Source: Patescibacteria group bacterium | GTDB taxonomy: Bacteria; Patescibacteriota; Patescibacteriia; SG8-24; DYFX01 | Reading direction: 5' to 3' | Assembly: GCA_030583805.1 (NCBI GenBank) | Contig: CP129476.1 | Coordinates: 181,453-245,452 of the forward strand | Length of the DNA: 64,000 bases | Shown: positions 48,807-58,992 of the stretch, one piece after another | How the letters are laid out: every line of letters starts with the position of its first letter | Position numbering within the stretch: the first letter of the stretch is position 1 | Position numbers and translations under genes: made by a program | Notes under the pieces: generated by a model | The model's input: the letters and a program-made list of their open reading frames with translations, nothing else | What the model was told of the DNA's origin: nothing | Databases searched by the model: none

Positions 48807-51800
48807 TTACGTGCGGGTCAACGTCTGCGTGTCGGTCGGAAGAATCTTGATAAGTGCCCCGTTCAACCAATCATCCGAGATGTTCGCGTTGTTGACGGAT
48901 ACGTTCGTATCAAGCGTCCACGTGTGCGGAATCAGGCTGTTGTCGGACCAGATCAGGTTGGCGCTGGTGCCGGAGCTGCCGATGACCGGGTCCAGCGGGC
49001 CGGATCCGAGGTTCAGTTCGCCCGACGTGGTCGAAGCGTCGCCAAGCAGCTTCGTGCTGATGGACTCACCGGAAGTATCGGCGCCGCTCACGTTCAACCG
49101 CAACTCGAATCGCTTCGAAGTGCCGGCAGCGATCGTTACTTCGTCGGCGAAGACCACACGGACCGTACAGACGACACTCGTGGCCGTCGAACACGTTGTG
49201 AAGTCGATCTGGCCGGCGTAGTTCGTGCCCTGGCCGTATTCGCGGACGTTGCTGTCGGACAGCGACGTGCCGGTGGCCGAAAGGTCCGTGCCGCCGACGT
49301 TGTTCATGCTGATCTCAAAGGTCAGCTTCTTCAGCGAAACCTGCTCGGCCGCGTCGGCCGCAACCATGAAGTGCGAGACGACCTGCGTACCGCTCGACAA
49401 CGTCGAGGTCGACAGGTTGACCGGAGTGATCGTCATCTTGGTTTTCACGTACGTCTTCTGGCGGCTGGCAAGGTCGTTCGTGGAGCCGGAGGTCGAGATC
49501 GTGCTCGAACCTGCGGACGTGCCGCGCACTTCGAACGTGCTCGTATCGGCAGTGCCGCAACCGCTGCTGTTCTCATTGACGCCGTCGCCATCGCACAGGT
49601 AGACGGTCAGCGGGTAACCCGTTTCGCCGTCGGATTGAATGTCCGAAGCCGGAACAAGCTCGACTTTGACCGTGAGGTTCTTGGAGCTGTCCTTCGGAAC
49701 GACGAACGAGAAGTTCGAGAAGTCGGCGTGTCCGGACGTGTTCGCCGTAATCGGTCCGGCCAGAAGGTTCGAGCCGTCGTAGAGCGATACACCGCGTACC
49801 AAACCGTAGTTCGGGACGCTGATGCGCACCTTCGTAAGCTTGAGATCTTCAGTCTGGGCGGTGAAGCGGTATTTCGCGACGACGGAGGTCGTTCCAGCAA
49901 GAACGAAACCGGCTTCCGATTCCGTGTCATCCGGAGCGAGCGCGTAGGTCATGGTGCCGCTCGTCGAGATGATCATGCTGGCGGATTGTGCCGAACCCGA
50001 CTTCGAGACGGAGTTGCCGTCCATGTCCTGCGCCGTCACGTTCGCGTTGGCGACGGAGAAGGCTACGGTGTCGTTCAGGTTCGCGATCGAACCGGAAAGG
50101 TTACCGACGAGGGCGAGGGTGACCGTCTGACCGGCCGGAATCGTCAAGTTCATGTTGGTGAACTGGAGGAGACCGCCATCAACCGAGGCGCACGACGCCG
50201 TGGACGAGGTCGGACTCTTGGTGTCACCCACCTGCGTGGTGCCATTCATGAGCTTGGCCGTGAGCAAGATGTCGGTGGCGAACTTGTCGGACGAGCCCGT
50301 GTCGGCGTTGTTTTCACAACCCGTACCGAAGTTCGTGTCGTTGTTCGCATCGACGAGCGTTTGGACGGTCATCGAGGTCACCTTGACGTCGGAGCCCTGG
50401 CCAGCCTTGAGGCTGATACCGGCGAGCTCGACGTTCTGGGAGCCCTGGATGAAGGTCTGCGCAACCGGCGTCGAAGCGGCCGAAACCGTGAGCGATGCCG
50501 CACGGACGGTCATCTGGTTTCCGGTAATCGCGGATGAAGGAACGATGTCCGACGTCGAGACGAAGGTCGAGTTGTCGAGGTTGCGGATGTCGGACGACTG
50601 GAACGCAGCGAGGCTGACACGGCTCAGGTTGCCTTCGAGTGCCGCGGCGCTGGCGACGTCCAGGGTCACCTTGAAGGTGCGGGCCTGGCCGGCGTTCAGG
50701 GTGAAGACGTCCGTATAGACGAGGGACTGGGACGTGTCGTTGGCGTCACCGCCCGACGACGAGCTGCTCAAATCCTTCGGACCAGCGATAACAGAGCCCG
50801 ACGAAACGTCGAGAACTTTGATGTCAGTGTAGTTGGCGGTATTCGCGCTGTGGTTCCAAAGACCGCCCGTGTAGTAGTCCGGGCCATCAGAAGAAACCGT
50901 GAGACGCAGGTTGCGGACTTCGACGTTGGACTGCGAGGCGAGGGTGAAGTTCAAGACTTCCTTGTCCTTGCCGTTGGTCGCAATGTCGGTCGCGGCCGGG
51001 CCGTTGAAGGTGATCGTGATCTGACCGCCCTCAAGCGAGAGGTACGAGCAGTCGCCCGAAGTCGAGGTGCAGGAGTCGCCGTCATACGCGGTGCGCGTGA
51101 CGGAGGCACCGAAGCCGAACGTGCGGCCCGTGGCCCAGACATCGGCGTCTTCCTCGACGTAGAGCTTGATGGTGTCAGCAGAGCGGGTACCGCCGCCGAC
51201 ATCGCCCCAAACTTCATACGTGCGGGTGTTGCCCTTTTCGAGGAGGGTGTTGCCCGTGAGGACGAAGGTCACGCGGTCGCGGTCGTCGAGACCGGCGGCC
51301 GAAGCGACTTCCGTACCAGCCGCCTTCAGCTTGAGGTTGGTCAAAGCCGAGCGGGAGATGTTGCCGCTCTGGAAGAGCGTAACGCGCTTGATGTCGAGGT
51401 CCTCGGCGGCGCCAGCGGAGAGCTGGAACTCGGCGAGCTTGACATTCATCTGACCGACCTTCGGGTTCGTGAGCGAACCGGACTTCGCGATCGTGACAGA
51501 ACCGACAGTCGCCGAAGCGAGCGTCATGTTGTTGCCCGTGACCGGGAGACCGGAAGCCGACGAGGAACCGCTCGAAACGGCGGTGACCTGGAAGGCGTTC
51601 ACGTTACCAGCGCCAGCCGTGCTCGACATCGTCGCGGCGACCCACAGGGTGCGAGTCTGACCGGCGGAGAGGGCGAGGTTCAGGCTGTTGAAGGTGACGT
51701 CGTTCGACGAGCTGTTGACGGAACGGCCCGTGGTCAGACGGGAGTTGCCCTCATACAGGTAGACGTTCGAGAAGTCGGTCGAAGCACCGGCGCCCACGCG

Positions 51801-52514
51801 ATGGAGGACGACGGAGTCGACGACGACCGCAGAACCGGTGCCGTTCGAGACGTTGAACTTGACGAAGTTCACGCCCGTCGCGGACTTCGGCACGGTGGCC
51901 GAGGCCGGAGAGTCGGAAGCGAGCGAGACCGAGACGCCAGAGAGGGAGCCAGGGCCGGAGCTCAGGTTCTTGTCCTGGTTCACGGTCTGGGAGCCGCTCA
52001 TTTCGGCGGTCTTGTCGTAGTCGCCGGCCGAGTTCACCGCGTTGCCAACCGTGTAGTTGGTGAAGAACGCGTCGGAGATGTCGTCGATCTGCGTGTTCCA
52101 GTTGGAACCATACAGAGCGGAGGCGACAGCTTCAGAACCGATCGGGCGGAGGACGCCGCCATGCGAGATGGCGTAGACCTTCGGGTCGGACTGAATCTTG
52201 ATCATCTTCACACCCGGGCGATAGGTGACGTTGCCACCGATCTGGATGGAAGCGAGGTCAGCGTCGGAAATCGTCATGACACCCGAGAAGTTCGAGTACC
52301 ACGTGAAGTACGCTTTGTCGTTCGTGAAGACGTAGCGCTTCATGTCGGCGCCGCAGTAGTACACCGCGGAGAGAGAACCTTTGATGAGACTACCGCTCGT
52401 GCAGCCGGCGGCAGAGGCCTTCAAAGGAGCGACGAGGACGGTCGCCATCACGGACCAGAGAATGGTCGAGAGGACGACGCCCAGCGTCGCGGCCTTTTTT
52501 AATGCGTAAGGCAT
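48807..52514 (-). CDS. giant secreted/cell-surface repeat protein (1235 aa): signal peptide, conserved N-terminal domain, then about 9-10 degenerate beta-rich modules of roughly 100 aa
   Basis: Signal peptide MPYALKKAATLGVVLSTILWSVMATVLVAPLKASA. S/T/G/N-rich. Recurring module ending ...xxGQxRTxxVxxDV. The N-domain is homologous to that of the 58993..60333 protein. Confidence 0.7.
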   Translation of the reverse strand: MPYALKKAATLGVVLSTILWSVMATVLVAPLKASAAGCTSGSLIKGSLSAVYYCGADMKRYVFTNDKAYFTWYSNFSGVMTISDADLASIQIGGNVTYRPGVKMIKIQSDPKVYAISHGGVLRPIGSEAVASALYGSNWNTQIDDISDAFFTNYTVGNAVNSAGDYDKTAEMSGSQTVNQDKNLSSGPGSLSGVSVSLASDSPASATVPKSATGVNFVKFNVSNGTGSAVVVDSVVLHRVGAGASTDFSNVYLYEGNSRLTTGRSVNSSSNDVTFNSLNLALSAGQTRTLWVAATMSSTAGAGNVNAFQVTAVSSGSSSASGLPVTGNNMTLASATVGSVTIAKSGSLTNPKVGQMNVKLAEFQLSAGAAEDLDIKRVTLFQSGNISRSALTNLKLKAAGTEVASAAGLDDRDRVTFVLTGNTLLEKGNTRTYEVWGDVGGGTRSADTIKLYVEEDADVWATGRTFGFGASVTRTAYDGDSCTSTSGDCSYLSLEGGQITITFNGPAATDIATNGKDKEVLNFTLASQSNVEVRNLRLTVSSDGPDYYTGGLWNHSANTANYTDIKVLDVSSGSVIAGPKDLSSSSSGGDANDTSQSLVYTDVFTLNAGQARTFKVTLDVASAAALEGNLSRVSLAAFQSSDIRNLDNSTFVSTSDIVPSSAITGNQMTVRAASLTVSAASTPVAQTFIQGSQNVELAGISLKAGQGSDVKVTSMTVQTLVDANNDTNFGTGCENNADTGSSDKFATDILLTAKLMNGTTQVGDTKSPTSSTASCASVDGGLLQFTNMNLTIPAGQTVTLALVGNLSGSIANLNDTVAFSVANANVTAQDMDGNSVSKSGSAQSASMIISTSGTMTYALAPDDTESEAGFVLAGTTSVVAKYRFTAQTEDLKLTKVRISVPNYGLVRGVSLYDGSNLLAGPITANTSGHADFSNFSFVVPKDSSKNLTVKVELVPASDIQSDGETGYPLTVYLCDGDGVNENSSGCGTADTSTFEVRGTSAGSSTISTSGSTNDLASRQKTYVKTKMTITPVNLSTSTLSSGTQVVSHFMVAADAAEQVSLKKLTFEISMNNVGGTDLSATGTSLSDSNVREYGQGTNYAGQIDFTTCSTATSVVCTVRVVFADEVTIAAGTSKRFELRLNVSGADTSGESISTKLLGDASTTSGELNLGSGPLDPVIGSSGTSANLIWSDNSLIPHTWTLDTNVSVNNANISDDWLNGALIKILPTDTQTLTRT

Positions 52515-52580
52515 GAAATTGGTTAAATAAAAAATTATGCGTAAGAACGTGCTACCCCTAGAATATAAGGTAAATACCCC

Positions 52581-52616
52581 AAAAAAGCAAGACGGCCGCC
52601 GATGGGCGACCGTCTC
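52581..52616 (-). terminator. Rho-independent terminator after the CxxC-x17-CxxC gene (minus strand)
   Basis: GAGACGGTCGCC-CATC-GGCGGCCGTCT followed by TGCTTTTTTGG on the minus strand. Confidence 0.5.
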
Positions 52617-52622
52617 ACTTCA

Positions 52623-53249
52623 TTACTTCTTCTTTTTTGCGACAGCCTTCTTTTTGGGAGAAGCTGTTTTGACCGCGCTCGGCTTCGGCGCTTCCTTCTT
52701 GACTGCAACCTCTTCCTTCTCCGCCTTAGCGGCGACGGCAGGCTTCAGCATGTTCAGAATCGCGTCGAGCTTGGAGTTCAGCGCCTTAAACTGCTCGGCA
52801 TAGTTTTCGCCTTGCGGGCGCGGCGCGGGCATGGACGCGTTTTTGCGGTCCGGAGCGCCGCCCTTGTCGAAGCAGCCGCGGCAATACACGGGGCGCTCCC
52901 CCGTCGGGCGGAACGGCACCTCGCAGCTGTCGCCGCACTTGTCGCACTCGGTCTGGAACATGCGCTTTTCCGGAGCGCCGAATCCACGGCTCTCGGAACG
53001 CTGTTCAAAACGCATATCTCCGCCGCCCTTGTCTTCCTTCTTGAAGCAATTGCTGCAGTAGATCGGTTTGCGCCCGTTCGGTTTGAACGGAACTTGGCAC
53101 GCGTTGCCGCACTCAGCGCACGTCGCGTTGTGCATCTCCGGTTTCGCGAAACCACGGCTGTCGGAACCCCTGTTCCAAGACTGCCCGCCTCCGAACTTCT
53201 TTCCGCCGCCGTAACCTCCTGATTTGTTGTCGCGATGAGAGTTGTACAT
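52623..53249 (-). CDS. small basic protein with two CxxC-x17-CxxC zinc-ribbon units, Gly/Arg-rich N-terminus and Lys-rich C-terminal tail
   Basis: CAEC-17 aa (...VPFKPNGRKPIY)-CSNC and CDKC-17 aa (...VPFRPTGERPVY)-CRGC. N-terminus GGYGGGKKFGGGQSWNRGSDSRGF. Tail AVKTASPKKKAVAKKKK. Confidence 0.6.
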   Translation of the reverse strand: MYNSHRDNKSGGYGGGKKFGGGQSWNRGSDSRGFAKPEMHNATCAECGNACQVPFKPNGRKPIYCSNCFKKEDKGGGDMRFEQRSESRGFGAPEKRMFQTECDKCGDSCEVPFRPTGERPVYCRGCFDKGGAPDRKNASMPAPRPQGENYAEQFKALNSKLDAILNMLKPAVAAKAEKEEVAVKKEAPKPSAVKTASPKKKAVAKKKK

Positions 53250-53329
53250 AGGAACCCGGAGTATACGCTAAAACTCCGAAAAAGTCAAGGGTTTCGGCGA
53301 AAGGGCGTTCCTCGGCCTTAAAGCGGCAA

Positions 53330-53755
53330 TCAAGCCGTCGGTTTGACGTCTTTGGCCGGACGGAGCGAAATCGCAAAAATGATGACGTAAAACACGAGCC
53401 CGTAGGCGCAGGTCGGAAGACCGAGCTGATACGAAGGGGCGTTTCCCGCGAGCCACGACGCGATTTCCTTTTGCGTGAAGTACCCGGCGAAGGCGATGCC
53501 GAGAAGCGACACCGTCACGTTGAATCGCGCCGTCATTTTGGTCGTGAAGGGTCCGTACAAGCCGATCAGCGACACGACGCACATCAAGCCGAACAGCACG
53601 AGTCCGAACCAGCACGCCGGATACCCGAGAAACGTCGGGCACGGCTCGTTAAAGGCGCAGCTTTTCGCGAACAGCTTATAGAAGCTCAAGTACCCGGCGA
53701 ACAGCGTGCCGCCGAGAGAAAGGGCGAATGCCCATTTGAGATATGCGGGTTTCAT
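53330..53755 (-). CDS. hypothetical 4-TM membrane protein with conserved loop cysteines
   Basis: Start at the ATG at 53753-55 (MKPAYLKWAF). Cys pairs KSCAFNEPCP, but no CxxC, so not assigned to VKOR/DsbB. Confidence 0.45.
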   Translation of the reverse strand: MKPAYLKWAFALSLGGTLFAGYLSFYKLFAKSCAFNEPCPTFLGYPACWFGLVLFGLMCVVSLIGLYGPFTTKMTARFNVTVSLLGIAFAGYFTQKEIASWLAGNAPSYQLGLPTCAYGLVFYVIIFAISLRPAKDVKPTA

Positions 53756-53762
53756 AGGAACA

Positions 53763-55688
53763 TTAGAGCGCAAGCGCCGCGAGCGCGCCTTCAGCAACCG
53801 CGTCCGTCACGCGCCGTGCAGACACGGCATCACCGACGACAGCGACTTCTTTAATGAACGATTTGAATTCGGAAGTGACCCCGTCGGTCGGAAACGAACC
53901 GAGACAGAGCACGACCGTATCAGCCGGCAGCATCTTCGAACCGGCGGGGCTCTCAACCGTCACTGATTTCGGCCCGATGCTCATGAGCGCCGTCTCGGTA
54001 TGAATTTTGACGTTCAAACGATTCAGGCGGCCGAGCAAAAGGAAGCGGTCATCGACCGGCGCATCGCTCGCAATAGCGCCAGCCGCTTCAATAATCTTCA
54101 CTTTATGCCCTTTCTCGGCGAGATATTCCGCCGTCTGGGCACCGGCACAACCACCGCCAATCACGACAACGTCACCCGTGGCCTTTACCTTTCCCTCCAA
54201 GAGATCTCGCGAAATAACGACATTCGTGCGCCCGATGCCCGGAATTTTCGGCTTCGTTGCCGTCGAACCCATCGCCAAAATGACGGCGTCAGGCTTCTCG
54301 CTCCTGGCGTGCTCGGGAGCGTACTCGACGCCCAAGCGGATATCGACGCCGAGGCGCCGCACATCGCGCACAAGCGACATGCGCAATTCCTTCCAGCCTT
54401 GGCGATGCGGCGCGGCCTCAGCGGCGAAGAGCTGGCCGCCCAGCTTGGACTTCTTTTCATAAAGCGTGACGCGGTGCCCGCGCGCAGCCGCCGTCTTCGC
54501 AGCCGAAAGCCCCGCCGGGCCTCCGCCGACCACAACGACGGTTTTTTTCCTCTTTGCCGGTTGCGCGAACGCTCCCTCGCGACCCGTTTCAGGATTGACC
54601 GTGCACCAAACATCTTGCTGCGCGAACAACCGGCTGATGCAACCTTGATTGCAAGCGATACACGGATTGATTTCCTCAACGTTCCCGTTCTTCACCTTGT
54701 TCGGCCACTCCGGATCGGCCAGAAGCGTGCGGCCAACCGCGATAAAATCCGCTTCCCCCTTTTTCAAAATTCGCTCCGCGAGTTTTGGATCGCGAATTTT
54801 AGCAACCGCGATGACGGGAATTTTCAACGCACCTTTCACCGCTCGCGCCAAATAGGCCAGCGTTGCGTCCGGCATCGCCATCGGCGGAATCATGTACCCG
54901 CGCGCGTATGAGGCATAGTTGCCGGCGGTGACGTGTACGGCGTCGATACCCGCCTCCTCGAGGCGCTTAGCGATCGCGATCGTATCGAGCAGCGTCAGGC
55001 CGCCTTCGACCATTTCCTCGCCGGAAAGACGGATCGTGACTGGAAAATTCGAACCAACCGCCTTGCGCACGGCTGCGTAGACATCCATCGCGAAGCGCAT
55101 GCGCTTCTGTGCCGTGCCGCCATAAGCGTCGGTACGGCGATTGCTGAATGGAGACAAGAACTGCGTGATCAGATATCCGTGCGCGCCGTGTATTTCCACA
55201 AAATCCAGGCCGGCAGCTTTCGCGCGCGCGGCAGCGCGTCCGTACGCATCGATGACTGAGGAAATTTCCGCGCTCGTCAGTTCGCGCGGCAGCTCGTTGA
55301 CGGTCGGATCAGGCAGGGGCGACGGCGCGACTGGCTGCGTGCCGGTCGTCTTCGAGGACGTCTGTCGACCCGCATGATACAGCTGGATGCCGATCATCGT
55401 GCCGTGCGCATGCGCGGCCGCAACCAATTTCTTCAAACCCGGCACGCATGCGTCGTCGTGCACACCCAGTTCATTCACGAATCCTTTGCCGTCTTGGCGG
55501 ATATAACTCGCTTCCAGGATGATCGTGCCGACGCCTCCACGAGCCACGCGCTCGATATGGTCAACGTACCGTTTCGTAACAAGGCCGTTCTTGTCGGCGT
55601 AGTTTAGCACCATCGGCGGCATCACCAGACGGTTTTTCACTTTTAGTTGGCCGATTCTCCCAGGTGAAAATAGGGCCGTATAGGCCAT
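53763..55688 (-). CDS. 2,4-dienoyl-CoA reductase-like NADH:flavin oxidoreductase (OYE TIM-barrel, 4Fe-4S linker and FAD/NAD(P)-binding domain)
   Basis: OYE-type N-domain (HGAHGYLITQFLSP), CIACNQGC iron-sulfur motif, and a C-terminal VVVVGGGPAGLSAA Rossmann domain. Confidence 0.85.
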   Translation of the reverse strand: MAYTALFSPGRIGQLKVKNRLVMPPMVLNYADKNGLVTKRYVDHIERVARGGVGTIILEASYIRQDGKGFVNELGVHDDACVPGLKKLVAAAHAHGTMIGIQLYHAGRQTSSKTTGTQPVAPSPLPDPTVNELPRELTSAEISSVIDAYGRAAARAKAAGLDFVEIHGAHGYLITQFLSPFSNRRTDAYGGTAQKRMRFAMDVYAAVRKAVGSNFPVTIRLSGEEMVEGGLTLLDTIAIAKRLEEAGIDAVHVTAGNYASYARGYMIPPMAMPDATLAYLARAVKGALKIPVIAVAKIRDPKLAERILKKGEADFIAVGRTLLADPEWPNKVKNGNVEEINPCIACNQGCISRLFAQQDVWCTVNPETGREGAFAQPAKRKKTVVVVGGGPAGLSAAKTAAARGHRVTLYEKKSKLGGQLFAAEAAPHRQGWKELRMSLVRDVRRLGVDIRLGVEYAPEHARSEKPDAVILAMGSTATKPKIPGIGRTNVVISRDLLEGKVKATGDVVVIGGGCAGAQTAEYLAEKGHKVKIIEAAGAIASDAPVDDRFLLLGRLNRLNVKIHTETALMSIGPKSVTVESPAGSKMLPADTVVLCLGSFPTDGVTSEFKSFIKEVAVVGDAVSARRVTDAVAEGALAALAL

Positions 55689-55784
55689 AGATTGAGGGTT
55701 ACGCCCAATAGTATAGCACTTTTCTAACGCAAGACGACCGCCCTGAGCGGTCGATTTCCTTGATTGAACTCTCTCGACACAGCC

Positions 55785-55934
55785 TCATTTCTTTAAATCG
55801 GCGCGCAGCGACAAGAGGCCGAGCGCGGCGAAGAGCGCCGCTTTCAGCCAATTCCCCTGTTGCAGCGCTTCGATCAGCGCGATGCCGAAAAACAGCGCGA
55901 AGATGGCGAGGTTCGTGTAGGCGACGGATTTCAT
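55785..55934 (-). CDS. tiny membrane protein (49 aa)
   Basis: Hand-translated MKSVAYTNLAIFALFFGIALIEALQQGNWLKAALFAALGLLSLRADLKK. Below the ORF-track length cut-off. Speculative. Confidence 0.25.
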   Translation of the reverse strand: MKSVAYTNLAIFALFFGIALIEALQQGNWLKAALFAALGLLSLRADLKK

Positions 55935-55945
55935 ACGAATCGCGT

Positions 55946-56272
55946 TCAACCGCGCATCGAAGCGAGAATGACGAAGAGGAGTACCGTGAAAGCCGCGAGC
56001 TGGCCGATCGTGTAGACCACCATCATGAGGCCCTCGCGTTTTTTTCCGTCGATATAGAGCATGAGCGGCTTGCCGAAAATGAGCATCCCCATCGTCGCCG
56101 CGGACGTCACGAGCAGCAAGAGGAAGCCGATCGGGGCGAGCACGCTGTCGGGCTTGCCGGCGCTGTCAAAAATCCTCTCCGCGTTCTGCATGATCGTCGC
56201 AACGGTGGCGACGTAGGCCACGGCGCCGACGGAGTACGGCAAGCTTTGTTTACAAATCTTCATGTCAAACAT
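55946..56272 (-). CDS. hypothetical small membrane protein (108 aa)
   Basis: Three hydrophobic helices. Competes with a plus-strand ORF (55760..56548) that has non-protein-like, Arg-rich composition. Confidence 0.4.
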   Translation of the reverse strand: MFDMKICKQSLPYSVGAVAYVATVATIMQNAERIFDSAGKPDSVLAPIGFLLLLVTSAATMGMLIFGKPLMLYIDGKKREGLMMVVYTIGQLAAFTVLLFVILASMRG

Positions 56273-56317
56273 AGGTTTCGCTTATGGAGAGTAATAACTA
56301 TATGCCGATACCGGCAT

Positions 56318-57865
56318 TTATATCCTACTCTTAGCACCCCCAATCATGCCAAGGATGGCCAGGACGAGCCCGAGCATCTGCCCTCCCGGACTGTCGTCGA
56401 GCCCGCCGTAGACGACAAGGAACATGCCGAGTGCTATCGCGAGAACGGAGACGAACATCTGCGCTTTCTTCACAGGAGGCTTCCGTCCGGCTTGCTTGCG
56501 CGGATCAAAAAGCGAAGGCTCAAGCCTCTCGCCGTTCAAGAATCGTGAAATGCGCTTGCCTCCGAAAACGGAAGGCAAAATACCGACGCCGTTGCACCCG
56601 AGGTTGTAGAGCAAGACGGGATTCAACGGCTCCGGACCGATAAGGCGCACGCCTTCCGGCGTATAGCCCATGAGGCCGTGCCAGCAAAACGCGTACTCCG
56701 CTTCCTGTCCCGGATGCTTCGCGTAATTGGTACTCAAGAAATCGTCGATGGCGATTTTTGTATCTTCGGCGCATGCTTGGGCGCGGGAATATTCAGCTCC
56801 GTTCGGCAGGACGGCCTCGGGCCCGCCGGTGCACACCAACGTGTGCGCCCTTCCGCTTTCATGCTCGTGCGGGCGGCGCGTCAGATAAAAGTAACTCTCG
56901 CCGATCGGATCACGCGCATCGACTTTCGCTTTCGAAAAATAGCTGATCGCCATCGGCGCCTCGCCGGGCGGCGCGTAATATCCGGCCATGTAGCCGATGC
57001 GCCCGACCACCGAATGATGGAACGAGGTATCGATGTCATTCCCGGCACGGTTGATGATCGAGAAATTTTCAAACCCGTTGGTGCACAGGACGACGTTCTC
57101 CGCGCGCACGATTTTGCCGTTTACCACCAGCTCCGCGGAATCTTTCGACACGTACACCGTTTTGACGGGGCTGCCTTCATAGAGGGCGAAACGGTCCTGA
57201 TAGGCGGCCAGGAGATAGCCGACGACCTCTTCGGAAAACAGCGCGCTGTTCATGCAGCCCTTCTGATACGAAAGCGAGGCGATGTACTGAGGATTGCTCG
57301 TCTCAAGCCGCGCGAGAATGTCGGCTTGCGGAACCACCTCGTACAGACCGTCAAACTCGGCGGAAATGCCCGCGCGCTCATTCCACTCTTCCGCCACGAG
57401 CACGTGTTCGGTGGCAAGGCCGCCGCGTTTTCGGCATTGGTTGTTTTTCAGGTGCTCGACGAGCTGATCCAGGCTCGAAAGACCGGCGTGGCCGACGAAG
57501 CGGTGCAGCGGCGTGCGCAGCTTTCCGTGCGCGACCATCTGATCGATCAACGCCCAGGCCGATTCGATGTCGCGTTGCGCATTCACCGCCGCTTCCAAGC
57601 CGAACTGGTCCGCAAGCTCATGGAGCGGGCGCTCAAAATAACTCGTCACCTGCCCGGCATTGTGCCCCGTCGCTCCGTGCGCGACCTTATCCGCATCGAG
57701 AAGAACGACGTTTTTTTGCGTTTCCAAAAGCGTGAAAAAGGCCGTCGTCACGCCTGCAATGCCGCCACCGACGATCACAACGTCCGTGCGGAGATTCTGA
57801 TCAAGCGGTTTCACAGGCCGCGTCCGTTTCAATTGCTGTATCCAAGGCGAACGGTTGGGAATCAT
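56318..57865 (-). CDS. FAD-dependent oxidoreductase (DAO/glycine-oxidase-like) with C-terminal membrane anchor
   Basis: VVIVGGGIAGVTTA dinucleotide fold. C-terminal MFVSVLAIALGMFLVVYGG ... LGLVLAILGMIGG TM helices. Confidence 0.75.
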   Translation of the reverse strand: MIPNRSPWIQQLKRTRPVKPLDQNLRTDVVIVGGGIAGVTTAFFTLLETQKNVVLLDADKVAHGATGHNAGQVTSYFERPLHELADQFGLEAAVNAQRDIESAWALIDQMVAHGKLRTPLHRFVGHAGLSSLDQLVEHLKNNQCRKRGGLATEHVLVAEEWNERAGISAEFDGLYEVVPQADILARLETSNPQYIASLSYQKGCMNSALFSEEVVGYLLAAYQDRFALYEGSPVKTVYVSKDSAELVVNGKIVRAENVVLCTNGFENFSIINRAGNDIDTSFHHSVVGRIGYMAGYYAPPGEAPMAISYFSKAKVDARDPIGESYFYLTRRPHEHESGRAHTLVCTGGPEAVLPNGAEYSRAQACAEDTKIAIDDFLSTNYAKHPGQEAEYAFCWHGLMGYTPEGVRLIGPEPLNPVLLYNLGCNGVGILPSVFGGKRISRFLNGERLEPSLFDPRKQAGRKPPVKKAQMFVSVLAIALGMFLVVYGGLDDSPGGQMLGLVLAILGMIGGAKSRI

Positions 57866-57904
57866 GTGTTTGCGATGCGTTACGTCTCGTCGGGCTGCCG
57901 GCGG

Positions 57905-58861
57905 TTAACCGCGCAGAATGATCGCGCCCGTGTAGGCGCTGTAGAGCAAAATCATGGCGCCGCCTTGCCAGCGTTCCAGGAGATGGCGTTTTCCGAGAAA
58001 CATCCAGATGAACAGGAGCGCGCTGCTCACGACCACCATCCAGAGATCCAAGTTCAACTCGGGCTTGAACGGCAGCGGTCGAATGATCGAACTGATGCCG
58101 AGAATCCAAAAAATATTGAAAATGTTCGAACCGATGACGTTTCCGACGGCGATATCCGCGTTTTTTTTGATAGCCGCCACGATGGAGGTGCTGAGCTCCG
58201 GAAGCGACGTGCCGATCGCGACGATCGTGAGACCGATCAACGCATCGCTCATTCCGAAACGGCTTGCGATGACGGACGCGCTGCTTACGATCCACTGCCC
58301 GCCGACGGCGAGTCCCGCGAAGCCGCCAACGATGCGGGCTACGGAACCAAGCCCGGAATAGACGCGCGGAGCGGGCTGCTCGTCCGTTCCAACCTGTTTC
58401 GCGATGCCGAACGTGTAGTACAGGAAGATGATGAAAAACGCGATCAGCGCCACGCCGTCGCTCCGCGTGAGCGCATTGTGCGCGACACGATCGACAATTG
58501 CGTCGTTCGCCATGACGAGCAGCAGGACGGCAGCGAGAAGCGCCATGGGGATCTCTTTCCAAACGGTCCCCTTCCCCACCTTGATCGGCATGATCATCGC
58601 CACGATGCCGAGAATCAGGAGCGTGTTGACGATATTGCTCCCCACGATGTTACCGATGGCGATATCCGCGTTGCCGTTGAACGACGCGAAGAGGTTCACG
58701 AACAATTCAGGCGCGCTCGTGCCGAACGCGACGATCGTAAGGCCGATCGCCAGATTCGAAACGCGCATTTTTTTCGCCACCGAAGAAGCGCCGTCTACCA
58801 GAAACTCCGCGCCCTTAATCAGCACGATAAAACCGAGTAAGAGCAAGAGATACGTCATCAT
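57905..58861 (-). CDS. Ca2+/Na+ antiporter (CaCA family, YrbG-like)
   Basis: Two alpha-repeat signatures, GTSAPEL and GTSLPEL. Confidence 0.85.
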   Translation of the reverse strand: MMTYLLLLLGFIVLIKGAEFLVDGASSVAKKMRVSNLAIGLTIVAFGTSAPELFVNLFASFNGNADIAIGNIVGSNIVNTLLILGIVAMIMPIKVGKGTVWKEIPMALLAAVLLLVMANDAIVDRVAHNALTRSDGVALIAFFIIFLYYTFGIAKQVGTDEQPAPRVYSGLGSVARIVGGFAGLAVGGQWIVSSASVIASRFGMSDALIGLTIVAIGTSLPELSTSIVAAIKKNADIAVGNVIGSNIFNIFWILGISSIIRPLPFKPELNLDLWMVVVSSALLFIWMFLGKRHLLERWQGGAMILLYSAYTGAIILRG

Positions 58862-58992
58862 AAGGGTGTGGCGAAATAGGCGGTGGAGCCCCTTCGTGCC
58901 GGGCTACCCCTATTCTACCCCAGAATAACACCTTGGCAATCAAAAACCCGCCACGTGTGTGGCGGGCTTGAGCCAAAGGCTTCGGAAAGGCG

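Noticed and set aside
53330-53797. Vitamin K epoxide reductase (VKOR) assignment for the 4-TM cysteine-containing membrane protein.
   Set aside because: A loop Cys pair is present, but there is no CxxC active-site motif in a TM helix.
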